NCBI GenBank assembly: GCA_965267575.1
Contig: OZ254086.1
Location: 3,520,001-3,584,000 of the forward strand
Origin: Calditrichales bacterium
GTDB taxonomy: Bacteria; Calditrichota; Calditrichia; Calditrichales; J004
DNA: 64,000 nucleotides
Reading direction: 5' to 3'
Shown: one piece after another, positions 38,466-47,480 of the stretch
Layout: each line of letters opens with the position of its first letter
Position numbering within the stretch: position 1 is the stretch's first letter
Position numbers and translations under genes: made by a program
The notes under the pieces: model-generated
The model's input: only the letters and a program-made list of their open reading frames with translations
Database searches by the model: none
What the model was told of the DNA's origin: nothing

Positions 38466-39492
38466 ATTGTGCCGCTTTGCCGGCAGCCCCGAGCATAGCC
38501 AGGTAATTCTCGAATTTTACATATTCGGGAACACTGTTGCCCGAGCCGACGCAATAGCCTCCATCCGTTCCCATCGCTTCAATATTCCGCCGCACCTGTT
38601 CCCGCACCTCATCAGTATTTCCGCGCGAAAGCAGGTCCACATCCACATGCCCCATAAGGCAAAGACGGTCGCCATAGCGTTTTTTCACGTCTGCAATTTT
38701 CATGGCTTTAGGTTCGATAGGGTGCAGGGCATTGACGCCGCATTCGATAATACGATCCAGCACGTCGTATAAGATGCCATCGGTGTGGTAGATGAGCGGC
38801 TTGTTATATTTTCGGGCGAGGTCACCTATCTTTTTCAACCACGGGAAAAAATACAGTTCCAGCGTTTCCGGCGAAACCATCAGCGCGTTGCTGTAGGCGA
38901 TGTCATCGCTGTACCAGAGGGCATCTACGTTCTCGCTTTGGGCAAAATACTCAAACATGGTTAATACAAGATTACCCAGTTTTTCGTTCAGCGCTTTTAC
39001 CAGGTCCGGTTCCATAAAGATGGCCATGGAAAAGTTCTCAAAGCCCATCATCTCCCATGTCATCGTAAAAATATCGCCGTATTGACCAACAACTCCCATA
39101 CCTTCCGGCAAAATAGATCGCACTTCTTCAAAAGCCCGGTACCCAAAAGAAGAGGCCTCAGGGAAACGGTATTTTTCAAAATCGGCCGCCGAAGCGATCG
39201 GGCCACTGCCATGAGATGCCCATTTGCGCACCAACGTCCCGTCTTCGTTGAAGGTGAGTTTTCCTTCCAGGCCAATGCCGTCAGGGTTAAAATCCGCTTG
39301 CGGCTGCAGCTTGATGTAATCGTAGCCGGCTTTGTGCCAGAAAGCGACATCATCCGATAAGGTTTCGATATTACGGCCAAGCAGCTTTTCTTTTATTAAG
39401 GGGTGAATGCCCAGTTCGGCAACTGGCAGATAACTCTTGTTATGTCGGAAAAGTGTCTCTATGAAGGCTTCTATATTTGGTCCGCTTTTCAT
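38464..39492 (-). CDS. URO-D/MtaA-CmuA superfamily protein
   Basis: MGFENF, SDDIAY, HTDG, NALHPIEP, LMGHVD and GGYCVGSGNSVP motifs. Confidence 0.85.
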   Translation of the reverse strand: MKSGPNIEAFIETLFRHNKSYLPVAELGIHPLIKEKLLGRNIETLSDDVAFWHKAGYDYIKLQPQADFNPDGIGLEGKLTFNEDGTLVRKWASHGSGPIASAADFEKYRFPEASSFGYRAFEEVRSILPEGMGVVGQYGDIFTMTWEMMGFENFSMAIFMEPDLVKALNEKLGNLVLTMFEYFAQSENVDALWYSDDIAYSNALMVSPETLELYFFPWLKKIGDLARKYNKPLIYHTDGILYDVLDRIIECGVNALHPIEPKAMKIADVKKRYGDRLCLMGHVDVDLLSRGNTDEVREQVRRNIEAMGTDGGYCVGSGNSVPEYVKFENYLAMLGAAGKAAQ

Positions 39493-40202
39493 ATCACACC
39501 CTGGCGTTCGCGTTTGTTGCGTTTGTAGCAGTGTTCAAGATTGCAGAGGTTACACTGGTAATCCTTTTTTTTGAGGCCTTTACCCAACCCGATCAATCCA
39601 CTGACAGATTTGATGGGCAGCATTAAGGCGCTGGCCGTAAGTCGTACGTCGCAGAAATCCTGCGGAAAAAACTGAAACAGCCAGTGCTGATCGGAAACAT
39701 CCCACCCGCAATAGCCGGGACTATAGCGATTGCTGCAACCCAGTCCGTGGGACTCTGCGATTTCAACAACCCTCTGTTCCAGCCAGTCGGCCAGGCTTTC
39801 GGCTATTTCCGAACCGATCAGGTCTGCGGTGTATCCGGTCATCGGGTCGCCGTCGTTGAAAAAGGAGCGCGACCATTTGTCAAAGTCTTTTCCGATTGTG
39901 GCAACAAACAGGGCTGCTCCCTCTATTTTTTTTAGCTGGCCGGCAATGATGCGTTCGGTTTGAAATGTCGTTTCATCTACAATAAGCGCGTCACGCTGCT
40001 GAGTTACGCGGCCCGGTGGGATCAGCCTGAACCCGGCATTCAGGGTAACAATGTCCTTTGCCTGTCTGAGAAGGCCCTGAAGCACCTCTTCAAACCAGTC
40101 CGGCGCCTCACCCTCCGGGTAACCGATGGCGGCGCGAATATTGCGCACATTTAACTGCAACTCACTGTAGGCCGGCTTAAACCGGTAAATCTTATCTTCC
40201 AT
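39489..40202 (-). CDS. Stand-alone B12-dependent methionine synthase activation domain protein
   Basis: FVATIG, D.IGS..AE, RYSPGYCGW...Q, LMLPIKSVSGLIG; C-terminal CNLCNLEHC. Confidence 0.88.
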   Translation of the reverse strand: MEDKIYRFKPAYSELQLNVRNIRAAIGYPEGEAPDWFEEVLQGLLRQAKDIVTLNAGFRLIPPGRVTQQRDALIVDETTFQTERIIAGQLKKIEGAALFVATIGKDFDKWSRSFFNDGDPMTGYTADLIGSEIAESLADWLEQRVVEIAESHGLGCSNRYSPGYCGWDVSDQHWLFQFFPQDFCDVRLTASALMLPIKSVSGLIGLGKGLKKKDYQCNLCNLEHCYKRNKRERQGVI

Positions 40203-40222
40203 GATAATCTTTCAGGTAAATA

Positions 40223-41593
40223 TTACAAGCCATAGGCTTCGCGTTTAAAAAAGGCGCCATATGTTTCTTCCAGGTAGTTCAGCATAGCTTCTTCACCTGC
40301 CGGGGCAAAAACCAGTTGCTCCTCCAGACGATCAAGCCAGCCCTGCTCGTTATCATCTGCCGGAAGCCGCTGTTCCCCATAGGCTTTCTTCAAAGCGGAA
40401 AGCGCTTCTATTACCACAGCTTGTGTGCTTTTCAGTGGTGTTGGTTCATTGACGATCGTCCGGGCCAGTTCCAGAACGGTCCGCGGTTCCAGCATCAGGG
40501 CTTGTGGGTCGAGCCGTACGTCGCTTCGAACAAGCAAATCACGATAGGATTTCGCCTCTCCGGCGGAAAGCGCGACATTGTACAAGCGGCAATCGTAGGC
40601 CAAAAGTTCCAGATAGGCCTCCGGCGCCGGACCACTTAACAGTTTTATGTTTTGTACCGATTCGTTGCTCCACAGATCCGCCGCGGCGCCCGCAATATTG
40701 CCAAGCGGACTAAAATGGGCGCAGCTGGCCGAGCGGCCTTCCATACTGATTGGGAAGCCCGTAATCGCCTTAATGGCCGGGCCTTCATAGGCGCAATCTT
40801 TTGAAGGGCCGATGGCACCTCGTTCGTAAGCCACCAGGCTGCGCGGAATGGAAGCTGCCCGGTCAACAGCGGCAAGAACGGACGGAATCATGCCTTTGCC
40901 TGCGAGTTGCATGGCCGTATTGGCGAACCCGCAGGCCGTGTCACCACCGGCGATTATGTTATGCTTTTGGGCGATGGCGCAAATTTCATCCCACAGATAA
41001 GCCATATCGCGTGCAGCAAGAAGTCCAAGGCTGCCAATGATCCCGTTGAGGTCTCCATAAACCAGAGCCTGATCATGCACCTCTTTCCCGCCAACGGATT
41101 CGATAGAAAGAATATCGGCTCCGGCCGCGGCGCATAATTCAAAAGCTTTGATTGTATTGTCCCGGTTTTTACCGCTGCGTAAAAGGGGAGGGCGGTCGCC
41201 ATCGCGGAGATCGGTTATGGTTACCCGTAGCGCGCACGGGATATTGTGTTTGGTATAGAGCTGATGTAATGATTCTTTCAATATCGCGGTAATCTCCGCG
41301 CCCCATTCCGGACGCATCGTCATGGGCGGTAACTGTTCGAATTCCAGAACGAAGCCGGGTAGTCTTAATTTACGGGCGCGTTCCCCGAGCAGGCCGGTCA
41401 GTTCTTTGTATTGCTGCTTTATCCCGGCCCAGCTTTGCTCGTTTATGGGCATCGCGGGAAGCGTAAAATTGATCTCGGGATAAACGGCGCCGTTTCCAAT
41501 CTCAAGGCCAAACCCGCAATTAAGCGGGTGCTTGCAGGATCCGAATATCAGATCGTCTGCTTTGTCAATGGCCAGGGTTTTAAAAGATTGCAT
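40223..41593 (-). CDS. mtaB: Methanol:corrinoid methyltransferase MtaB family
   Basis: PEINF, LEFEQ, SIESVGGKEVHD, GDTACGFANTAM, GPSKDCAYEG, SMEGRSASCAH and DLWSNESV motifs. Confidence 0.88.
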   Translation of the reverse strand: MQSFKTLAIDKADDLIFGSCKHPLNCGFGLEIGNGAVYPEINFTLPAMPINEQSWAGIKQQYKELTGLLGERARKLRLPGFVLEFEQLPPMTMRPEWGAEITAILKESLHQLYTKHNIPCALRVTITDLRDGDRPPLLRSGKNRDNTIKAFELCAAAGADILSIESVGGKEVHDQALVYGDLNGIIGSLGLLAARDMAYLWDEICAIAQKHNIIAGGDTACGFANTAMQLAGKGMIPSVLAAVDRAASIPRSLVAYERGAIGPSKDCAYEGPAIKAITGFPISMEGRSASCAHFSPLGNIAGAAADLWSNESVQNIKLLSGPAPEAYLELLAYDCRLYNVALSAGEAKSYRDLLVRSDVRLDPQALMLEPRTVLELARTIVNEPTPLKSTQAVVIEALSALKKAYGEQRLPADDNEQGWLDRLEEQLVFAPAGEEAMLNYLEETYGAFFKREAYGL

Positions 41594-41594
41594 A

Positions 41595-42269
41595 TCAGCC
41601 TGCCTGCTGCTTTTCGTTTAAAAAACGGGCAAAACTGTGTGGATCCGGAAAATAGCCGTCCGCACCGATTTTGCGATTGAATTCTTCCGAGAGAGGGGCA
41701 CCGCCGATGTAAATCTGCGTTTGCGGGAAACGCTCTTTGATGCGGCGCGTGGTTTCTTCCATGTTCACCATCGTGGTAGTAAGTAAAGCGCTGAGGCCCA
41801 CGATGCAATCCTGATTTTTTTCAACCGCATTAACAAACTCGGCAGGTTCCGTGTCAACCCCCAAATCGATAACATCCCAGCCTTCTCCTTTTAGCACCAT
41901 GGCCACAATGTTCTTGCCGATATCATGCAGGTCACCGGAAACCGTACCCAGAACAGCCCGGCCTTTGTAGGCAATATCGCCTGATTCAAAAAACGGCTTC
42001 AGGTGCTCCATGGCGGCGTTCATCGCTTTGGCTGAAATAAGCAGATCCGGGATATAGGCTTTACCTTCACCAAAACGTTTACCGATGCGTTGCATACCCG
42101 GCATTAGCGCATTGTATAGAATCTCTCTGGCTGGGTGCCCGGCGGCGATCGCTTGCTGTGTCAGCTCCGAAGCGCCATCCCGGCCCTTCATATCCGGCGG
42201 ATAAGGCGCGTTTTTATTTACCTTGCCTTTTTCAATACACACTGAAAGTTGCTCATATATCTCTTCCAT
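41595..42269 (-). CDS. Corrinoid (B12-binding) protein, MtaC-like
   Basis: GTVSGDLHDIGKNIV (DxHxxG), DLGVD, GLSALLTTT, IGGAP; RBS before ATG 42269. Confidence 0.92.
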   Translation of the reverse strand: MEEIYEQLSVCIEKGKVNKNAPYPPDMKGRDGASELTQQAIAAGHPAREILYNALMPGMQRIGKRFGEGKAYIPDLLISAKAMNAAMEHLKPFFESGDIAYKGRAVLGTVSGDLHDIGKNIVAMVLKGEGWDVIDLGVDTEPAEFVNAVEKNQDCIVGLSALLTTTMVNMEETTRRIKERFPQTQIYIGGAPLSEEFNRKIGADGYFPDPHSFARFLNEKQQAG

Positions 42270-42496
42270 TAGATGTCCTTCCTCAAATAAACTATTTCTC
42301 AATAATAAAGATGCACAGACTATGTTCTAAAAGCAATGGGCGGACATTAAATTTATCATTGGCGGGCAAAGAAAGGCCGGCTTTTTGGCAGATTGCGCCG
42401 ACGCATCAAAAATTTGTATTATTAATCGAATATATTTGTTAACATTACGGTTATACTTTTTGATTTTTTGTCTGTTATGAAAAGGGCAGGCTTCAG

Positions 42497-42724
42497 ATGA
42501 ACGACTATATGTTTACGCAAAAGAAAAAGATTGAAATCGATAAATGGAACGAAGGATGTCGTATCCAGTGCGACCCCGGCGAAGAGTACATTATGGGCTG
42601 GATTGAAGTAAACGGCGGCTGGTTTCGCTCTGCCTGGGATCAATCTTTATGCAAAAACTGCTGTCTTGTAAAAAGATGCGGTTTTAAGCTGCGCCACGAG
42701 TGCGGCGAATTCCAGCAGCGCTGA
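42497..42724 (+). CDS. Small Cys-rich hypothetical protein
   Basis: 75 aa with seven Cys (CRIQC...CKNCC...C...C). Confidence 0.55.
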   Translation: MNDYMFTQKKKIEIDKWNEGCRIQCDPGEEYIMGWIEVNGGWFRSAWDQSLCKNCCLVKRCGFKLRHECGEFQQR

Positions 42725-42886
42725 CTGCCGTAACCTCTGTTTATATTCTCTCGCCTTCATTAGTTTTGTTTTTCACATTCGTTATTCAATTAACATTTTT
42801 GTCTATTAAAAGCCTTTACACTGTTATATATTAAAGGCAACGCCAAACTCAATTGCCCTAAACTCAAAAACATACTGTTTACCTGA

Positions 42887-43315
42887 ATGGATACATTGAT
42901 AGATCCGGGAACTTTTCCATGGACGCTGCTGGCGTATGCGGCAGGCGTATTTTTTCTAGTAGCTTTTATGATTGCATTGTCCCACTTCCTGGGCCAGCGC
43001 CACAACGAACGTGAAACCGCCGAACCTTTTGAATCCGGTGTTAAAACCACGGGCGGAGCGCAAGTCCGGTTCTCTGTTCATTTTTACCTTGTCGCGATGC
43101 TTTTTGTCATATTTGACCTTGAGGTTGCTTTCCTCGTGGCCTGGGCGATCGCGTTCAAGCAGGTCGGTTGGGTCGGCTTTGCCGCCGCCTCTCTTTTTAT
43201 CTTTTTATTGATTGTTGTATTGCTTTATGAATGGCGCATCGGCGCGCTCGATTTTGCCGCCAGCGGAAAAGAAATCGTTAAACGAATGCGAAAACTGAAA
43301 GCGGGTAATCTATGA
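42887..43315 (+). CDS. nuoA: NADH-quinone oxidoreductase subunit A
   Basis: [28 protein letters not shown]. Confidence 0.95.
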   Translation: MDTLIDPGTFPWTLLAYAAGVFFLVAFMIALSHFLGQRHNERETAEPFESGVKTTGGAQVRFSVHFYLVAMLFVIFDLEVAFLVAWAIAFKQVGWVGFAAASLFIFLLIVVLLYEWRIGALDFAASGKEIVKRMRKLKAGNL

Positions 43316-43950
43316 AATGGTGGGTGTCCAACGCCGCTGACCCCGGAAAAATAACCGGCGGCAATTCCAACTTTGAAGAAGTACTCCAGAAAAATTTTGT
43401 GTTCAGCCGTCTGCAGGATTTAATCGCCTGGGGGCGCAAGAACAGCATGTGGCCGTTTAACTTTGGATTGAGTTGCTGCTATGTGGAAATGGCCACCAGC
43501 CTGACCAGCCGCTACGATGTGGCCCGTTTTGGCGCTGAAGTGATCCGCGGTACTCCGAGAGAAGCCGATGTAATGATCACCGCTGGAACAATTTTTGTGA
43601 AAATGGTGCCGGCCATCAAGCGGCTGTACGAACAGATGATGGAGCCGCGCTGGGTAATTTCAATGGGTTCTTGCTCAAACTCCGGGGGCATGTACGATAT
43701 TTATAGCGTCGTGCAGGGTGTAGACAAATTTTTGCCCGTTGATGTTTATGTGCCGGGCTGCCCGCCCAGACCGGATGCCTTTCTGGAAGGATTGGTATTA
43801 TTGCGTGAAGCAGTCGGAAAAGAAAAAAGACCCTTAAGCTGGGTCGTTGGACCAGGGGAAGTTATTAAGCCTGGAAAGGAATCACAAAGGGACCTGAGAC
43901 GCGAAGAACGCGGAAAAATGACGGATCTGCGCACACCCGACCAAATCTGA
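43312..43950 (+). CDS. nuoB: NADH-quinone oxidoreductase subunit B
   Basis: [22 protein letters not shown]. Confidence 0.97.
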   Translation: MKWWVSNAADPGKITGGNSNFEEVLQKNFVFSRLQDLIAWGRKNSMWPFNFGLSCCYVEMATSLTSRYDVARFGAEVIRGTPREADVMITAGTIFVKMVPAIKRLYEQMMEPRWVISMGSCSNSGGMYDIYSVVQGVDKFLPVDVYVPGCPPRPDAFLEGLVLLREAVGKEKRPLSWVVGPGEVIKPGKESQRDLRREERGKMTDLRTPDQI

Positions 43951-43960
43951 AACGGATCAT

Positions 43961-45709
43961 ATGCCAGCAAAACATCCTGTACTGGAAAAACTGCAAAGCA
44001 AGCTCGGAGAAAGCCGTTTTAGTGTTCAGCAAACGGCAGATGAAATTCCAACAGCCTGGATATCCGCAGAAAAAGTTGTGGAGGCTTTGGATTTTCTAAA
44101 AAAAAGAATCGATAAACCGTACCGCATGCTCTATGATCTGACCGCCATCGATGAACGTCCCCGTCAGAAAAAGAACGGCTGCCCGGACTGCGATTTTTCC
44201 GTGGTCTACCACTTATTGTCTTTTGAACGCAACGAAGACATCCGCATAAAAATACCCCTTGATGATGACAGCCTGGCGCTTTCCAGCGCGACACCGCTTT
44301 TCCCGAACGCCAACTGGTACGAGCGCGAAGTGTACGATATGTTTGGCGTGGTTTTTAACGGACACCCTCATCTAAAGCGCATTTTGATGCCTCCCACCTG
44401 GGAAGGCCACCCGTTGCGCAAAGAGCATCCGGCCCGGGCGACGGAAATGGGTCCGCTTGAGCTGACGGCCGAGAAGCAGGAAAAAGAACAGAACGCGCTG
44501 CAATTCAAGCCGGAAGAGTGGGGCATGGAGCGTTCTTCCGATGACAATGATTTTATTTTCCTAAATCTGGGCCCGCAGCACCCCGGTACCCACGGCGTGT
44601 TGCGTCTCGTTTTACAGCTGGAGGGTGAGGAGATTGTGGATGTCGTCCCAGACATCGGTTTCCATCATCGCGGGGCTGAAAAAATGGCCGAGCGCCAGTC
44701 CTGGCACACTTTTATCCCATACACAGACCGCATCGATTACCTCGGTGGGGTAATGAACAATCTGCCCTACGTAATGGCCGTTGAAAAGCTGGCGGGCATC
44801 GAGGTGCCGGAGCGGGCGCAGGTAATACGGGTTATGCTGTGCGAACTGTTCCGAATTGCCAGCCACCTGGTTTGGTACGGCACGTTTGCCCAGGATATCG
44901 GGCAGCTTTCGCCTGTCTTTTACATGTTCAGCGACCGTGAACGCATTTTTGATATTGTGGCGGCCATCTGCGGAGACCGCATGCATCCCAACTGGTTCCG
45001 CATTGGCGGCGTGGCCCAGGATCTGCCCAAAGGCTGGGATAAGGCAATCGGAGATTTTATAAAACAATTTCCCAAACGGCTAAAAGAATTCAACAGCCTG
45101 GTGATGAAGAATCAGGTTATCAAGTCGCGCACAGTTGGTATTGGCGCCTACACGACAGACGAGGCTATAGACTGGGGCATAACAGGACCCGGCCTGCGCG
45201 CCACCGGTTTCGACTGGGATTTCCGCAAAAAACGACCCTATTCGGGCTATGAAAATTTTGATTTTGATATACCGACAGCGCAAAACGGGGACTCGTTTGA
45301 CCGTGCCGTTGTGCGCATTGAAGAGATGAATCAAAGCCTGCGCATAATTGACCAGTGCATCAAAAACATGCCGGAGGGTCATTATAAGTCGGACCACCCG
45401 CTGACAACACCGCCGCGCAAAGACAGAACAATGAAAGACATCGAAACGCTGATTACCCATTTTCTGGGTGTAACCTGGGGACCTGTTATCCCGGCGGGTG
45501 AAGCATTTGTGGGTATAGAGGCTACCAAAGGCAATAACGGCTATTACCTGATAAGTGATGGCAGCACCAGCCCTTACCGAGCCCGCATTAGAACGCCTTC
45601 TTTCCCGGCCTTGCAAATGGTACCCTATATCAGCAAAGGCCATACGGTGGCCGATTTGCTGGCGATTCTGGGCAGTGTGGATTACGTGCTGGCCGACCTG
45701 GACCGCTGA
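43961..45709 (+). CDS. nuoCD: NADH-quinone oxidoreductase fused subunit C/D
   Basis: [17 protein letters not shown], then [19 protein letters not shown]; ends in ADLDR. Confidence 0.97.
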   Translation: MPAKHPVLEKLQSKLGESRFSVQQTADEIPTAWISAEKVVEALDFLKKRIDKPYRMLYDLTAIDERPRQKKNGCPDCDFSVVYHLLSFERNEDIRIKIPLDDDSLALSSATPLFPNANWYEREVYDMFGVVFNGHPHLKRILMPPTWEGHPLRKEHPARATEMGPLELTAEKQEKEQNALQFKPEEWGMERSSDDNDFIFLNLGPQHPGTHGVLRLVLQLEGEEIVDVVPDIGFHHRGAEKMAERQSWHTFIPYTDRIDYLGGVMNNLPYVMAVEKLAGIEVPERAQVIRVMLCELFRIASHLVWYGTFAQDIGQLSPVFYMFSDRERIFDIVAAICGDRMHPNWFRIGGVAQDLPKGWDKAIGDFIKQFPKRLKEFNSLVMKNQVIKSRTVGIGAYTTDEAIDWGITGPGLRATGFDWDFRKKRPYSGYENFDFDIPTAQNGDSFDRAVVRIEEMNQSLRIIDQCIKNMPEGHYKSDHPLTTPPRKDRTMKDIETLITHFLGVTWGPVIPAGEAFVGIEATKGNNGYYLISDGSTSPYRARIRTPSFPALQMVPYISKGHTVADLLAILGSVDYVLADLDR

Positions 45710-45730
45710 CAGAGAGAGATCAAAAAGCAA

Positions 45731-46195
45731 ATGTTACACGAAGAAGACAAAAAAAAGATAGAAGAGCACATCGCGCATTACCCGCAACGCCGCGTGGCCT
45801 GCATCGACGCTTTGAAAGTGGTGCAGGACAGGGACGGCTGGGTGTCTGACCAGAGTGTAAAAGACATCGCTGAATTCCTGGATATGTCGCCCGATGAAGT
45901 GGACAATGTGGCAACGTTCTACAACCTGGTATTTCGCAAGCCGGTTGGCAAACATGTGATTTTGGTGTGTGACAGCGTCAGCTGCTGGATTATGGATTAT
46001 GACAAAATCCTCGAACATTTGCACCAAAAGCTGGGCATCCGCATGGGTGAGACCACGGAAGACAAGCGTTTTACGTTGCTGCCGATCCCATGCCTGGGCA
46101 TTTGCGATAAGGCGCCGGCGCTGATGATAGACAACGATTTGCATACGGATGTCAGTGTAGAAAAGCTGGACAAAATTCTGGAGGATTATGCCTGA
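45731..46195 (+). CDS. nuoE: NADH-quinone oxidoreductase subunit E
   Basis: VATFY, CDSVSC, CLGICDKAP. Confidence 0.97.
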   Translation: MLHEEDKKKIEEHIAHYPQRRVACIDALKVVQDRDGWVSDQSVKDIAEFLDMSPDEVDNVATFYNLVFRKPVGKHVILVCDSVSCWIMDYDKILEHLHQKLGIRMGETTEDKRFTLLPIPCLGICDKAPALMIDNDLHTDVSVEKLDKILEDYA

Positions 46196-47480
46196 CAAGA
46201 GCGCGGAAAAACCGCTTACCGGACATATTCGCGACGACCGCCGGCCGCTAACACTGAAAGAGTATGAAAAAACGGGCGGCTATGAAGCAGTCCGCAAAGT
46301 ACTAAAAAAGATGAGCCCGAAAGACGTCCGGAAAGAGGTTAAGGATTCCGGTCTTAAAGGGCGTGGTGGTGCCGGTTTTTCTGCCGGCATGAAGTGGGGC
46401 TTTGTCTCCGATGACATGGAGAAGTTCCCGCAGCGCTATCTTGTGGCCAATGCCGATGAAATGGAGCCGGGCACGTTTAAAGACCGCCTGCTGCTTGAGG
46501 GATCGCCGCACCAGCTTATTGAAGGCATGATCCTGAGCGCTTACGCTATTCAGGCCAATACATCGTATGTGTTTTTGCGCTGGGCCTACAAGACATCGGA
46601 GAAAAATATAAACCAGGCCATCCGCGAAGCTTATGAAGCCGGCTACCTGGGCAAAAACATTATGGGCTCCGGCTTTTCGCTGGATATGTACCTGCACGTA
46701 AGCGTGGGACGCTACATGTGCGGTGAAGAGACCGGCCTGCTTAACGCGCTGGAAGGCAAACGGGCTACGCCGCGGGCCAAACCGCCTTATCCGCAGGTGA
46801 GCGGCCTCTTTGGCAAACCGACGATCGTAAACAATGTTGAGACATTGTGCTGTGTACCGCACATCATTAACAAAGGCGCGCAGTGGTTCAAGGATTTAAG
46901 CGCCACCGGTGAAGGCGGCACAAAACTTTACGGCGTATCGGGCAAAGTAAAAAATCCGGGATTGTGGGAGTTGCCGCTGGGTGTTACGATGCGTGAAATC
47001 CTCTTTGAACACGCCGGAGGCATGCGTGACGGGCTGGCTTTTCGCGGGGCCTTGCCGGGAGGCGCATCGACGGACTTTCTGGTGGAAGAACACCTGGATA
47101 TCCCGATGGACTATGCCAATGTAACGGAGGCCGGCAGCCGCCTGGGTACGGGCACCATGATCGTTCTGGACGACAAAACCTGTCCGGTCGGCATGGTGCG
47201 TAACCTGGAGCGCTTTTTCGCACAGGAATCCTGCGGCTGGTGCACACCCTGCCGGGAAGGACTGCCCTGGGTGGCGCGTATTCTGGCGGCCATGGAGGAA
47301 GGTAAAGGACGTGAAGACGATATCGATGTGCTGAACATGCACTCCAGGTATCTGGGACCCGGGCACACATTCTGCGCGTTGGCACCGGGCGCGGTCGAGC
47401 CGCTGCAAAGCGCGATCAAATATTTTCGCGAAGATTTTGAGCGTCACATTCATGAAAAACGCTGTCCCTGGAGGACTTAG
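46188..47480 (+). CDS. nuoF: NADH-quinone oxidoreductase subunit F
   Basis: GRGGAGF, NADEMEPGTFKD, YMCGEET, ESCGWCTPCREG. Confidence 0.97.
   Translation: MPDKSAEKPLTGHIRDDRRPLTLKEYEKTGGYEAVRKVLKKMSPKDVRKEVKDSGLKGRGGAGFSAGMKWGFVSDDMEKFPQRYLVANADEMEPGTFKDRLLLEGSPHQLIEGMILSAYAIQANTSYVFLRWAYKTSEKNINQAIREAYEAGYLGKNIMGSGFSLDMYLHVSVGRYMCGEETGLLNALEGKRATPRAKPPYPQVSGLFGKPTIVNNVETLCCVPHIINKGAQWFKDLSATGEGGTKLYGVSGKVKNPGLWELPLGVTMREILFEHAGGMRDGLAFRGALPGGASTDFLVEEHLDIPMDYANVTEAGSRLGTGTMIVLDDKTCPVGMVRNLERFFAQESCGWCTPCREGLPWVARILAAMEEGKGREDDIDVLNMHSRYLGPGHTFCALAPGAVEPLQSAIKYFREDFERHIHEKRCPWRT

Noticed and set aside
40223..41593. Pyrrolysine or selenocysteine recoding
   Set aside because: The ORF is uninterrupted, and the MtaB family does not use pyrrolysine.
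42270..42496. Cobalamin riboswitch upstream of the corrinoid gene
   Set aside because: No recognisable B12-box (GCCACTG/AGYCAG) elements and the leader is short.
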